In this document: piece after piece, positions 42,544 to 52,193 of the stretch
Numbering within the stretch: the stretch's first letter is position 1
Layout: the number at the start of each line of letters is the position of its first letter
NCBI GenBank assembly: GCA_040400935.1
Contig: JBBAPH010000019.1
Span: 1,140 to 65,139, forward strand
Length of the DNA: 64,000 nt
Source of the DNA: Polaromonas sp.
GTDB taxonomy: Bacteria; Pseudomonadota; Gammaproteobacteria; Burkholderiales; Burkholderiaceae_C
Direction of reading: 5' to 3'
The notes under the pieces: model-generated
Seen by the model: the letters and a program-made list of their open reading frames with translations, nothing else
Told to the model about the DNA's origin: nothing
The model's database searches: none
Translations under genes and position numbers: made by a program

Positions 42544-43458
42544 TCATCGGTTGCGGGCGCTGCTCTTGCGCGCGGCAGAAGTTTTGGCCCCGGTTTTGGC
42601 CGGGGTCTTGGCTGTTTTTGCAGAACTCTTAGCCGAAGCCTTAGCCGAGCCTTTTGCTGGCGCCTTCTTGCTGGCGCCAGCCGTGCTGCGGCTCGCCGGT
42701 TTTTTGGGCGCTGCGGTCTTGCCGGGCACGGGCCAGGCGGGCGCGCCGCGCAGTGCGCTGCTGACCATGTCGCTGGCTTCGCCTACGCTTTCGGCCATGC
42801 GCCGGCTGGCTTGCTCGGCCATGTCCCCGGCGGCTTTCATGCCTTGGGCCAGGCCTTCGTCCAGGCCTGTCACGGGCGGGCGACTCGCCACTTCTTTCAT
42901 GGCGGAGTTGGCAATGGTCTGGAACTGCTGGGTCAGCGCGCCCCACCATTGCAGCGGGTCAATCACGCCGGGCACGGCAGCCGTCTGCTCGCCGTCGGGG
43001 GCCGCTTTAGCGTCTGAAGGCTTGCTGGTTTTGGCCGTTGACTCAGCTTTCTTTTGGTAGCTGGTTTCCGGGACTTCAAGGCCTTCAAAGCTGTGCGGCT
43101 TGCTCTCCGGTTCAGGCGATTTGACAGTGAAAGCCTCAGCCATTTGGTTCATGCTGACATTCATGCCCTGGAGTGTGGCGAGCGTCATTTTTTGCACTTC
43201 CAGCGCCTGGACCGTGGCTTTGAGGGCGGTGGCGTTTTGGTCCAACCAGAACTGCACGGCCTTGAGCTCTTGAATCCGCTTGTCCAGCTCTTCGACGTTG
43301 AGCGTGGGAGCCACCCAGTTACCCATCGACGGCATGCTTGGCATGCTCGGAATATTCTTGGCGGCGCTGCTGGCCTGACGGGTCAGGTTTTGCAAGAAAT
43401 CAAAACCCGGCACCAATTTGCCAAAGTCGGGAAACGCTGGGTTGTTTGAATCGCTCAT
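42544..43458 (-). CDS. phaM: PhaM-family polyhydroxyalkanoate granule/nucleoid-associated protein
   Basis: WVAPTLNVEELDKRIQELKAVQFWLDQN...ALEVQKMTLATL; WWGALTQQF; Lys/Ala-rich PKKPA/SKKAPAK tail. Confidence 0.8.
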   Translation of the reverse strand: MSDSNNPAFPDFGKLVPGFDFLQNLTRQASSAAKNIPSMPSMPSMGNWVAPTLNVEELDKRIQELKAVQFWLDQNATALKATVQALEVQKMTLATLQGMNVSMNQMAEAFTVKSPEPESKPHSFEGLEVPETSYQKKAESTAKTSKPSDAKAAPDGEQTAAVPGVIDPLQWWGALTQQFQTIANSAMKEVASRPPVTGLDEGLAQGMKAAGDMAEQASRRMAESVGEASDMVSSALRGAPAWPVPGKTAAPKKPASRSTAGASKKAPAKGSAKASAKSSAKTAKTPAKTGAKTSAARKSSARNR

Positions 43459-43607
43459 GAAGACTCCCTGGGTTGGATGAACTGACCGAAGGCAAGGCGG
43501 GCCTAATCGTTAATTTTCTTCATTGTGCAGGCGTGGCCGAGGGCGTCAACCGCTTTTTGCGCGGCTGCAGCAGCCTGACTCGGCAGCGCTTTGATAAGCT
43601 CGCCGCC

Positions 43608-44021
43608 ATGAAAAGCCTGTTCCACCTTGCCTTCAACATCACCGACCTGGACGTGGCGCGCCAGTTTTACAGCGGCGCGCTGGGCTGCACCGAAGGGCGC
43701 AGCACCGACACCTGGGTCGACTTTGATTTTTTTGGCCACCAGCTGTCGCTGCACTTGGGCCAGCCCTTCAAGACCGAACGCACCGGCCGCGTCGGCGACA
43801 CCTTGGTGCCCATGCCGCACTTTGGCTTGGTGCTGGCACTCGCCGACTGGCAAGCCCTGGCCGCGCGCTTGCAAGCGGCCCAGATCGAGTTCGTCATGCC
43901 GCCACAGGCTCGCTTCGAAGGCCAGCCGGGCGAGCAATGGACCATGTTTTTCCTCGACCCCTTCGGCAACCCGATCGAGATCAAGGGTTTTCGGTCACTC
44001 GAGACGGTCTACAAGCACTGA
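43608..44021 (+). CDS. VOC/glyoxalase superfamily protein
   Basis: FHLAF, WVDFDFFGHQLSLH, PHFG, DPFGNPIEIKGF; ATG at 43608. Confidence 0.85.
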   Translation: MKSLFHLAFNITDLDVARQFYSGALGCTEGRSTDTWVDFDFFGHQLSLHLGQPFKTERTGRVGDTLVPMPHFGLVLALADWQALAARLQAAQIEFVMPPQARFEGQPGEQWTMFFLDPFGNPIEIKGFRSLETVYKH

Positions 44022-44036
44022 CTGATCGGCCTCTGT

Positions 44037-45062
44037 TCAGCTCGTAGCCGGTTCAGGCGACGAGGGCGCAATCTTCTGGTCAATCGCGCCAAAGATCGAG
44101 TGGCCATCCTTGTCTTTCATTTCGATGCGGATGGTGTCGCCGAACTTCATGAAGTCGGTGCTCGGCTGCCCGTCTTGGATGGTTTCAATCGCGCGCTTTT
44201 CAGCCACGCAGCTGTAGCCCTTGGGCCACAGCATGCGCCCGTTGCTTTCGACGCCGGGGTTGCTGACCGTGCCCGAGCCAATGATGGAGCCCGCACGCAC
44301 ATTGCGCGTTTTGCACAGATGCGCAATCAGCTGGCCGAAATGAAACGTCATGTCGGGGCCAGCGTCGCACATGCCGACCTTGCGGCCATTCCACGTGCTT
44401 TGCAGCGGCAGGTGCAAGCGCCCGCCCTGCCAAGCGCTGCCCAGCTCGTCCAGCGTCACAGCCACCGGACTGAAGGCCGTGGCCGGCTTGCTTTGGCAAA
44501 AGCCAAAACCTTTGGCAATCTCACCGGGAATCAAATTGCGCAGCGACACATCGTTGGCCAGCATGACCAGGCGAATGCCGTCCAGCGCTTGCTCGGCGTT
44601 GCTGCCCATGGGCACGTCAGCGGTGATGACCGCGACCTCGGCTTCAAAGTCAATGCCAAAGTCTTCGCTGGCCACGCGCACGTCGTCGCAAGGGCCGAGC
44701 AGGTCGTCGCTGCCGCCCTGGTACATCAGCGGGTCGGTGTAAAAAGTGGCTGGCACTTCAGCCTGGCGGGCGCGCCGCACCAACTCCACATGGTTGATGA
44801 AGGCCGAGCCGTCAGCCCACTGAAAAGCCCGCGGCAGCGGCGCCATGCAGCGCGCCGCATCAAAAGGAAATGCATGACGGGCGCGACCCTGGTTCAGGCT
44901 TTCGTACAGGTCTTGCAACTGCGGCGACAAGAAGTTCCAATCGTCCAGCACCTGTTGCAATCGGTGGGCGATGCCGGTCGCATAATGCGCCGTGGACAGG
45001 TCTTTGGAGACCACCACCAATTGCCCATCGCGCGATCCGTCTTTGTAAGTAGCGAGCTTCAT
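44037..45062 (-). CDS. Fumarylacetoacetate hydrolase family protein
   Basis: MKLATYKDGSRDGQL, QWADGSA, DFEAEV, NDVSLRNL, QSKP, GSGTVSN; ATG at 45062. Confidence 0.9.
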   Translation of the reverse strand: MKLATYKDGSRDGQLVVVSKDLSTAHYATGIAHRLQQVLDDWNFLSPQLQDLYESLNQGRARHAFPFDAARCMAPLPRAFQWADGSAFINHVELVRRARQAEVPATFYTDPLMYQGGSDDLLGPCDDVRVASEDFGIDFEAEVAVITADVPMGSNAEQALDGIRLVMLANDVSLRNLIPGEIAKGFGFCQSKPATAFSPVAVTLDELGSAWQGGRLHLPLQSTWNGRKVGMCDAGPDMTFHFGQLIAHLCKTRNVRAGSIIGSGTVSNPGVESNGRMLWPKGYSCVAEKRAIETIQDGQPSTDFMKFGDTIRIEMKDKDGHSIFGAIDQKIAPSSPEPATS

Positions 45063-45208
45063 CCCATTTGCTTTCTGTTGTTGCTGGCCCGTCCAGCCTG
45101 AGCCAGCCCAAGCCAACCTGTGGCCAGCTGGTCAGTTTACTGAACCGCCGCACTCGGTCTACACCAGCATCGTCCCTGACTTTTTTCCCTCACCCGCGTT
45201 AAGCTGCT

Positions 45209-46312
45209 TTGATGTCCGCCAGCCGCACCGCTCAAACCAAGACGCCACCGCACAGGCCCCAAGCGCCACACCCGCCACCCCCGCCATACCCACGCTTGGC
45301 GCTGGTGCTGCTGACCTTGGTGGTGCTGGCCGTGCACGCCTGGCTGCTCCAGGCCTGGCCCGACTCTGTGGGCCTGCAAGGCAGCACCGCGTCCACCACG
45401 CCAACACCGCTGGTGTTCAACACCCGCCGGGTGGAGACGGCCGCCAGCCAGCCCGCCGCAGCGCCGCCAGCAGCGCCATCGCGCGCTGTCCGCTCAGCCG
45501 CACCCCTGGCACCAGGATCCGCGATCTCTGCTGCGCCGGCCGAATCGGCCGCGCCAGACGTCAGCAAGACGACGGCCCAGGCCGAGTCCACATCCGAGGC
45601 TTCTGCCTCGGCCAAAGACACCACAGCCGAAGCCCCGCACTCCCCCGCAACACCGGGTCAAGCCAGCCACCCCTTGGTGGTTCCGGCAACCCTGCGCCTG
45701 AATTACGAGATTGGCGGGCTGGCACGCGGCATCCATTACTCGGCGCGCGCAGCGCTGACCTGGCTGCAAGAAGCCGGGCGCTACGACGCCAAGCTGACCG
45801 TGAGCGTGTTTTTACTCGGCGAGCGCAGCTTGTCCAGCACCGGCGAGGTCACGGCCGACGGCCTGGTGCCTCGGCGTTTTGCCGACAAAAGCCGCAGCGA
45901 AGTGGCCGCGCATTTTTTGCCTGAGCAAGGGCGCATCAGCTTCAGCGCCAACACGCCCGACGTGCCCTGGCAGCGCGGCGCACAAGACCGGCTCAGCGTG
46001 TTTTTCCAGCTGGCCAGCCTGATGGCGGGCGACCCGGCGCGGGCCGTCCCCGGCACGCAATTGCCGCTGTATGTGGTCGGGCCGCGCGACGCGGAAGAGT
46101 GGGTGTTCAAGGTCGGCGCGCCCGAAACCATCACCCTGCCCATGGGCCCTACGCCCACTATTTACCTGCTGCGCTTGCCGCGCCGCGAGTACGAGCAAAA
46201 AACCGAACTGTGGCTGGCACCGCAGCTGGGTTATTTGCCCGTGCGTATCAAGCAGACCCATCACAACGGTGACTACGTGGACCAACAATTGGCCACGTCC
46301 AGCACGCCCTGA
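45209..46312 (+). CDS. DUF3108 domain-containing protein
   Basis: N-terminal TM anchor, Pro/Ala linker, then beta-rich domain (STGEVTADGLVPRRF, GAQDRLS, WLAPQLGYLPVRIK). Confidence 0.75.
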   Translation: MMSASRTAQTKTPPHRPQAPHPPPPPYPRLALVLLTLVVLAVHAWLLQAWPDSVGLQGSTASTTPTPLVFNTRRVETAASQPAAAPPAAPSRAVRSAAPLAPGSAISAAPAESAAPDVSKTTAQAESTSEASASAKDTTAEAPHSPATPGQASHPLVVPATLRLNYEIGGLARGIHYSARAALTWLQEAGRYDAKLTVSVFLLGERSLSSTGEVTADGLVPRRFADKSRSEVAAHFLPEQGRISFSANTPDVPWQRGAQDRLSVFFQLASLMAGDPARAVPGTQLPLYVVGPRDAEEWVFKVGAPETITLPMGPTPTIYLLRLPRREYEQKTELWLAPQLGYLPVRIKQTHHNGDYVDQQLATSSTP

Positions 46313-46420
46313 GAAGCTCGTCGCCCGACTAAAAGGGCAAGCCGACCGGCATTTTTCTCACAGCCATGCCTTGAAGCCGGGTCCAGCGTGACCACTTAAG
46401 ACCCAGGAAGGAAATGACTC

Positions 46421-46699
46421 ATGCAAATGCTTTACGACTCGGACTCTTTTGTCGTGGTTCAGATGCAGCCCGACATGCCGGAAGCCGCTCAAACGCCTGC
46501 CCAGCCCTGGCTAGCGCGCCACGGCTTCGAGATTGTGGACAAACGTTCCGGCAAAGAGGTCTACCTGGACGGCTCCTGGGCCGAAATGTTCCAGCGCCAG
46601 CTCAAAGGCTGGCAAGAAAACACACCCACCCAGGAAGAAGTGGAAACCACGCTGGAAGGCTACGCCGAGCTGGCGCATACCCACGTCGTGCTGCACTGA
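46421..46699 (+). CDS. DUF3567/BTH_I0359 family protein
   Basis: MQMLYDSDSFVVV...HGFEIVDKRSGKEVYLDGSWAEMF...TQEEVE. Confidence 0.8.
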   Translation: MQMLYDSDSFVVVQMQPDMPEAAQTPAQPWLARHGFEIVDKRSGKEVYLDGSWAEMFQRQLKGWQENTPTQEEVETTLEGYAELAHTHVVLH

Positions 46700-46705
46700 A
46701 ACCGC

Positions 46706-47788
46706 TCAGCGTCTGGCTGGCTCCCGGGCATACACCCAGCGGTACATCGGCTCGGCCAACATCAACACGGCGGCCAGCCGGGTGACGTGAAAGGCCGTAA
46801 TCACGGGCACGCTCAGCTGCAACACCTTCGCGGTGATCGCCATTTCTGCAATGCCGCCCGGCGCGGTGGCCAGCAGCACCGTAGCCCAGTGCAGCGGCGT
46901 GAACTGCGCCAGCGTCCAGGCAAAGCCCGCGCTCAGCACAATCATGGCCAGCGACGACGCGGCCACCGAGCCCATCCAACGCGGCGCGAGTTGCACAAAG
47001 CCCGGCGTGAAGCGCACGCCCAGGCTGACCCCAATCAAAAGCTGCGCGCCATTGGTCAGCCACGCTGGCAGCGCCGACAGGGTCACGCCCGAGCCGGTCA
47101 GCACCAGCGACACCAGCAGCGCGCCAATGAACCACGGGTTGGGTCGGTCCAGCTTGAGCATCAGCCAGCAGCCCACGCCGGTCAGCGCCGCCAGCACGGC
47201 CAGTCCCGGCCACTGCACCAAGCGCACCGCGGGGCCGGTGGCGTCCAGCCCATGAAAGCCCGCCCACTGAAAGCCGAAGGGAACAATCAGCGTGACCAGC
47301 AGCACACGCAGGCTGTGCGCTGACGCCACCAACTCCGACTGCGCGCCATGGCGTTCCCCCAGCAGCGTCATCTCCGACGCTGCGCCGATGGGCGAGGCAA
47401 AGTAAGTGGTGATGCGGCTCAGGCCCGGCAAGTGGAAAAAACCGGGGCCACTGTGCACGCGGTGCAACCAAGCGCCAAAGCCCCAGCCCAGGGCCAGGGC
47501 CCAAACAATGCCCAGCAAAAACGCCCACCACAAGCTGCCCAGCAGCCCGACCACTTGCGGCGTGAAATACAAGCCCAGGGCGGCACCAATCGCCCACTGG
47601 CTGCCATTGCGCAGCGGCGTCCAGCTCATGGTGCGCGCACCCAGCATGCTAACGACTGCCGTGGCGACCAGCGGGCCGATCATCCAAGGCAGCGGCGTCT
47701 TGAGAATCAGGCACAGCTGCGCTGCGGCCAAGGCCCACAAGGCAGTGCAAACGGTTCTGACGGCGGGGTGCTTGATAAAAGTAGCCAT
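46706..47788 (-). CDS. AbrB-family (putative ammonia monooxygenase-like) duplicated membrane protein
   Basis: PLPWMIGP, GAALGLYFTP, ASPIGAASEM, APGGIAEM, FHVTRL two-repeat architecture. Confidence 0.85.
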   Translation of the reverse strand: MATFIKHPAVRTVCTALWALAAAQLCLILKTPLPWMIGPLVATAVVSMLGARTMSWTPLRNGSQWAIGAALGLYFTPQVVGLLGSLWWAFLLGIVWALALGWGFGAWLHRVHSGPGFFHLPGLSRITTYFASPIGAASEMTLLGERHGAQSELVASAHSLRVLLVTLIVPFGFQWAGFHGLDATGPAVRLVQWPGLAVLAALTGVGCWLMLKLDRPNPWFIGALLVSLVLTGSGVTLSALPAWLTNGAQLLIGVSLGVRFTPGFVQLAPRWMGSVAASSLAMIVLSAGFAWTLAQFTPLHWATVLLATAPGGIAEMAITAKVLQLSVPVITAFHVTRLAAVLMLAEPMYRWVYAREPARR

Positions 47789-47915
47789 CCAGGCAAAGCA
47801 GCGAGTGGCGGCGGCGCGAATAAAGGACATGTGAATAACGGCGGTGGCGACGGCAGCGGAAAGCGGAATCGAAGGGTCCGGCTCCCTGCTGGAGCTCAGC
47901 CATTAGTATCTCCTC

Positions 47916-48812
47916 ATGGCTAACCTACCCACCCCCAGCGTTTCGACCTCGCCCTCTTTCTTTCAAAGACCACCGCGCGCTGTGTGGGCGCTGGTGACGG
48001 CTCTGGCGCTCTCAGGCGCGCTGACAGCCTGCGCTCTGGTGCCAGCTCAAGCTGACGTGGCCGCCCGCCTGCAAACCTTGGGGCCCGCCCCGGTCTTGCT
48101 GGTCGGGGAACAACACGACGCCGCCGAACACCAACGCTTGCAGCAGCAACTGGTCAGCGCTCTGGCCCAGCGCGGTGAGCTCGCGGCCCTGGCCCTGGAA
48201 ATGGCCAGCGCTGGCCGCAGCACAGCGGGCTTGCCAGCCACGGCCAGTGAGGCTGAGGTGCGTGAAGCCCTGCAATGGGGAGAAGCCGGCTGGCCATGGC
48301 CGGTCTATGGCCCGGTGGTCATGGCGGCGGTACGGGCGGGCGTGCCGGTGCTGGGCGCCAACTTGCCACCTGACCGCTTGCGCGCCAGCATGGCGGACGT
48401 GGCGCTGGACCAGCAATTGCCTGGGCCGGCCCTCAAGGCGCAGCAGCAACTGATTCGGCAAGGCCACTGCGACCTGCTCCCGCCCAGCCAGATCACGCCC
48501 ATGACCCGTGTGCAGATTGCCCGCGACCAACGCATGGCGCAAACCGTGGCCGAGGCAGCCCGCCAGGCCAAGCCTGGCCAGCGCGTGGTGCTGATCAGCG
48601 GCAGCGCCCATGCCGACCGGCAATTGGGGGTGCCCCAACACTTACCGCGCGATTTGCCGGTGCTGACGCTGCGCTTGCGTGCCGGCGACGCTGTTGCCGG
48701 GGCCGAAAGTTTTGACGTGGTGTGGGCGACGCCAGCCCTGCCACCCACCGACTACTGCCAGAGCTTGCGCGAACAGTTCAAGCCCGCAGCAGGCGCCAAG
48801 CCGGCGCCTTAA
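47916..48812 (+). CDS. ChaN family (heme-binding/iron uptake) lipoprotein
   Basis: Lipobox LTAC, LLVGEQHD, ALALEM, GHC, QIARDQRMA, LISGSAH. Confidence 0.75.
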   Translation: MANLPTPSVSTSPSFFQRPPRAVWALVTALALSGALTACALVPAQADVAARLQTLGPAPVLLVGEQHDAAEHQRLQQQLVSALAQRGELAALALEMASAGRSTAGLPATASEAEVREALQWGEAGWPWPVYGPVVMAAVRAGVPVLGANLPPDRLRASMADVALDQQLPGPALKAQQQLIRQGHCDLLPPSQITPMTRVQIARDQRMAQTVAEAARQAKPGQRVVLISGSAHADRQLGVPQHLPRDLPVLTLRLRAGDAVAGAESFDVVWATPALPPTDYCQSLREQFKPAAGAKPAP

Positions 48813-48825
48813 AAACAGAACTCGT

Positions 48826-50166
48826 TCAGGCGTGCCGCCGAATCGAGTCGGCCAGCACCTGGACCATCTGTTCAATCTGCGCTTTGTCCACGATGTAGGG
48901 CGGGCACAGCACGATGTTTTCACCCGCAGGCCGCACCAGCACGCCGTGGTGAAAGCAGTCCATGAAGATGTCATAAGCCCGCTTGCCGGGCGCGCCTGGC
49001 AGCGGCGCCATTTCCACCGCGCCAGCCAGCCCCAGGCTGCGAATGCCGACCACGCTGGGCAGGCCCGCCAAGGCGCTGTGCATCGCATCACCCAGTACCG
49101 TGCCCATCTGCCCCGCCCGCTCAAACAGCTTTTCTTCCCGGTAAAGCGCCAAGGTGGCGATCGCCGCCGCGCACCCGACCGGATGGCCCGAATAGGTGTA
49201 GCCATGAAAGAACTCAATCGCATGCTCCGGGCTGCCCGAATTGGCCTGCATCATGGCGTTGTAAATGCGGTCTGAGCAAATCACGCCACCCAAGGGAAAT
49301 ACGCCGTTGGTCACGCACTTGGCAAAGTTCAGCATGTCAGGCACCACGCCGTAAAAGTCGGCGCCAAAGTGGGTACCCAATCGGCCAAAGCCGGTGATGA
49401 CCTCGTCAAAAATCAGCAAGATGCCGTGCTTGTCGCAAATCTCGCGCAGGCGCTTGAGGTAGCCCTGCGGCGGGATATACCAGCCCGCGCTGCCGGCGAT
49501 GGGTTCGACGATCACGGCCGCCACATTGCTCGGGTCGTGCAGCGGCAAGATGCGGTTCTCCAACTCCAGCAGCAGGTCTTCTTGCCACACGGGTTCCTGG
49601 CCGTGAATGAAAGCATGGTTTAGCGGGTCGTGGATGAAGCGCAGGTGGTCCACCCGCGGCAGCAGTGCAGTGCCGTACACCTTGCGGTTGGCCGGAATGC
49701 CGCCCACGCTCATGCCGCCAAAACCCACGCCGTGGTAAGCCCGCTCGCGGCCAATGAAGACGTTGCGATGGCCCTCACCACGGGCGCGGTGGTAAGCCAG
49801 CGCCACCTTGAGCGAGGTGTCCGCCGCCTCCGAGCCCGAGTTGCAAAACAGCACTTTGTTCAAGTCGCCCGGCGCCATGTTGGCAATCAACTCGGCGGCT
49901 TCAAAGGCCTTGTCGTTGGTGGCTTGAAAGGCCGTGCCGTAGTCCAAGGTGTCGAGCTGCTTTTTAATGGCCTCGTTGATCGGCCGGCGGTTGTGACCGG
50001 CGCCCACGCACCACAGGCTGGAAATGCCGTCCAGCACTTGGCGGCCATCGTGCGTGGTGAAGTGCATGCCCTCGGCCGCCACAAAAACGCGCGGGTCTTT
50101 GGCAAAGCTGCGGTTGGGCGTGAACGGCAGCCAGTGGTGGTCCATGTTAAAGGTTTGGTAGGCCAT
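48826..50166 (-). CDS. Class-III PLP aminotransferase (omega-amino acid/beta-alanine:pyruvate type)
   Basis: HHWLPFT, NSGSEAAD, AYHG, IFDEVITGFGR, PLP lysine in FAKCVTNG, HGYTYSGHP. Confidence 0.9.
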   Translation of the reverse strand: MAYQTFNMDHHWLPFTPNRSFAKDPRVFVAAEGMHFTTHDGRQVLDGISSLWCVGAGHNRRPINEAIKKQLDTLDYGTAFQATNDKAFEAAELIANMAPGDLNKVLFCNSGSEAADTSLKVALAYHRARGEGHRNVFIGRERAYHGVGFGGMSVGGIPANRKVYGTALLPRVDHLRFIHDPLNHAFIHGQEPVWQEDLLLELENRILPLHDPSNVAAVIVEPIAGSAGWYIPPQGYLKRLREICDKHGILLIFDEVITGFGRLGTHFGADFYGVVPDMLNFAKCVTNGVFPLGGVICSDRIYNAMMQANSGSPEHAIEFFHGYTYSGHPVGCAAAIATLALYREEKLFERAGQMGTVLGDAMHSALAGLPSVVGIRSLGLAGAVEMAPLPGAPGKRAYDIFMDCFHHGVLVRPAGENIVLCPPYIVDKAQIEQMVQVLADSIRRHA

Positions 50167-50306
50167 GGCGCACTCCTGTTCCGGGATGAATAAGGCCTTT
50201 CATTCTGCCCCGTGAAAAGCAGGTTTTAAGCAGCCCTGTCCTGCCAAAACAGTCACTTGTGCGAGAACTCAGCCAGAGTTGACGGTGCTGCGACAATTGC
50301 AGCGTC

Positions 50307-51167
50307 ATGAGCTCTACTTACATCCTCAATCTTTCTTGCCCGGACCGGCCCGGCATTGTTCATGCCGTCTCCGGCTTTTTGTTCGAGCGCAACGGCAACA
50401 TCCTGGACGCTGCGCAATACGCCGACGACAAAGACGACGACGCCACCGGCCTCTTCTTCATGCGGGTCAGCTTTTCCTGCACCGAGCTGAGCTTTGACGC
50501 GCTCAAGGAAGAGCTCGCGGTACTGGCCGGCGACTTTGGCATGCGCTGGAGCCTGCACCCCAGCAGCCTGCCCATGAAGACCGTGATCATGGTCAGCAAG
50601 GAAGGCCATTGCCTGAACGACCTGCTGTTCCGCTGGAAGTCGGGCCTGTTGAAGCTGGACATCCGCGCCATTGTTTCCAACCACCGCGAGTTCTACCAAC
50701 TGGCGGCCAGCTACAACGTGCCGTTTCACCACATCCCGGTGACGGCCGCCACCAAGGCCGAGGCCGAGGCCCGGCAGTACGAGATCATCCAGGCCGAAGG
50801 CGCCGAACTGGTGGTGCTGGCGCGCTACATGCAGATCCTGAGCGACGACTTGTGCAAGAACCTCGCAGGTCGGGCCATCAACATCCACCACTCCTTCTTG
50901 CCCAGCTTCAAGGGCGCCAAGCCCTACCACCAGGCCCATGCGCGCGGCGTCAAGCTGATTGGTGCCACGGCGCACTATGTGACCTCGGACCTGGACGAAG
51001 GCCCGATCATTGAGCAAGACGTGGCCCGGGCCGACCACAGCAAAACCGTGGAAGACCTGACCGCCATGGGCCGGGATACCGAAAGCCAGGTGCTGGCCCG
51101 CGCCGTGAAGTGGCACAGCGAACACCGCGTGCTGCTCAACGGCCACAAGACCGTGATCTTTAAATAA
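50307..51167 (+). CDS. purU: Formyltetrahydrofolate deformylase
   Basis: ACT domain CPDRPGIV; NIHHSFLPSFKGAKPYHQA; GATAHYVTSDLDEGPIIEQ. Confidence 0.96.
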   Translation: MSSTYILNLSCPDRPGIVHAVSGFLFERNGNILDAAQYADDKDDDATGLFFMRVSFSCTELSFDALKEELAVLAGDFGMRWSLHPSSLPMKTVIMVSKEGHCLNDLLFRWKSGLLKLDIRAIVSNHREFYQLAASYNVPFHHIPVTAATKAEAEARQYEIIQAEGAELVVLARYMQILSDDLCKNLAGRAINIHHSFLPSFKGAKPYHQAHARGVKLIGATAHYVTSDLDEGPIIEQDVARADHSKTVEDLTAMGRDTESQVLARAVKWHSEHRVLLNGHKTVIFK

Positions 51168-51176
51168 ACAGCGGTC

Positions 51177-52103
51177 ATGACGCGCACGGCCAGCTCACCG
51201 CCTCCCCTGCGTGAAGCAGCGAGCGGGGCCAAGCGCATACCGCCGATTCAATGCCTGCTGACCTTTGAAGCCCTGGCCCGCCTGCGCAGCGTGACGCAGG
51301 CCGCCGAGGAACTCTGCGTCACGCCCAGCGCGGTCAGTCACCGGGTCAAGCAGCTCGAACAAATCATAGGCACCAAGCTCTTTGGCCGAGCTGATTTTTC
51401 CCTCACCACGGAAGGCAGCGAATACCTGGCCCATGTGCGCGAAGGCCTGGCCACGCTGCAAAAGTTTCCCGGCATGGCCGGCCAGAGCGCCAACCCCGGC
51501 AAGCGCAAGCTGCGCCTGGCGGTCACCCCCACGTTTGCCCGCTCCATCCTGATCCCGCGCCTGCGCCAGTTCACCGACGCCTACCCCGAGATCGACCTGA
51601 CCCTGCAAGTCTCCATCCCGCTCCTGGACGTGGTGGCCGAAGACGCCGACTTGATGGTGCGCTTTGGCACCGGCCGCTACGCCGACGTGGAGCACGTCTG
51701 CCTGATGCAAGACGAGGTCACGCCCCTGGCCTCCCCCAGCTTTGTGCGCGAACACGGCCCCTACACCAGCCCCGAAGACCTGGAAGGCGAAACCCTGCTG
51801 CGCTCTCCGCTGGACCCGTGGCGCACCTGGTTTTCGGCCCACCACCTGGACTGGCCCGAGCCGGTGGACGGCTCGCAGTTCAACGACGTCGGCCTGATGT
51901 GCGACGCCGCAGCGGCGGGCATGGGCATCGCCCTGGTGCGGCTCAAACTCGGCGCCCCCTGGCTGGACAACGGCTCGCTGGTGCGCCTGTACGAGCGCAA
52001 CGTGCCCAGCCCCCACGCCCACTACCTGTGCTGGCGCACGGGGATGATGGACCGCTGGGAATGCGCGGCTTTTGCGGATTGGTTGAAGAAAAGCGTTTTC
52101 TAG
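51177..52103 (+). CDS. LysR family regulator, GcvA-like
   Basis: PPIQCLLTFEALARLRSVTQAAEELCVTPSAVSHRVKQLE HTH, close to the GcvA N-terminus pattern; RLRQFTDAYPEIDL, VRFGTG. Confidence 0.85.
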   Translation: MTRTASSPPPLREAASGAKRIPPIQCLLTFEALARLRSVTQAAEELCVTPSAVSHRVKQLEQIIGTKLFGRADFSLTTEGSEYLAHVREGLATLQKFPGMAGQSANPGKRKLRLAVTPTFARSILIPRLRQFTDAYPEIDLTLQVSIPLLDVVAEDADLMVRFGTGRYADVEHVCLMQDEVTPLASPSFVREHGPYTSPEDLEGETLLRSPLDPWRTWFSAHHLDWPEPVDGSQFNDVGLMCDAAAAGMGIALVRLKLGAPWLDNGSLVRLYERNVPSPHAHYLCWRTGMMDRWECAAFADWLKKSVF

Positions 52104-52193
52104 AAACCCAGGCGCTTTTCATGGCCCGCTGAAAATTTGCTCAAACGCCGAGCCAGCGCCTTGGTTTAAAGTGGGCCGCAGGAGTTATTTGCC

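Noticed and set aside
47916-48812. ChaN as part of a heme uptake locus
   Set aside because: No TonB-dependent receptor, heme ABC transporter or clear Fur box nearby; only the single gene is supportable.
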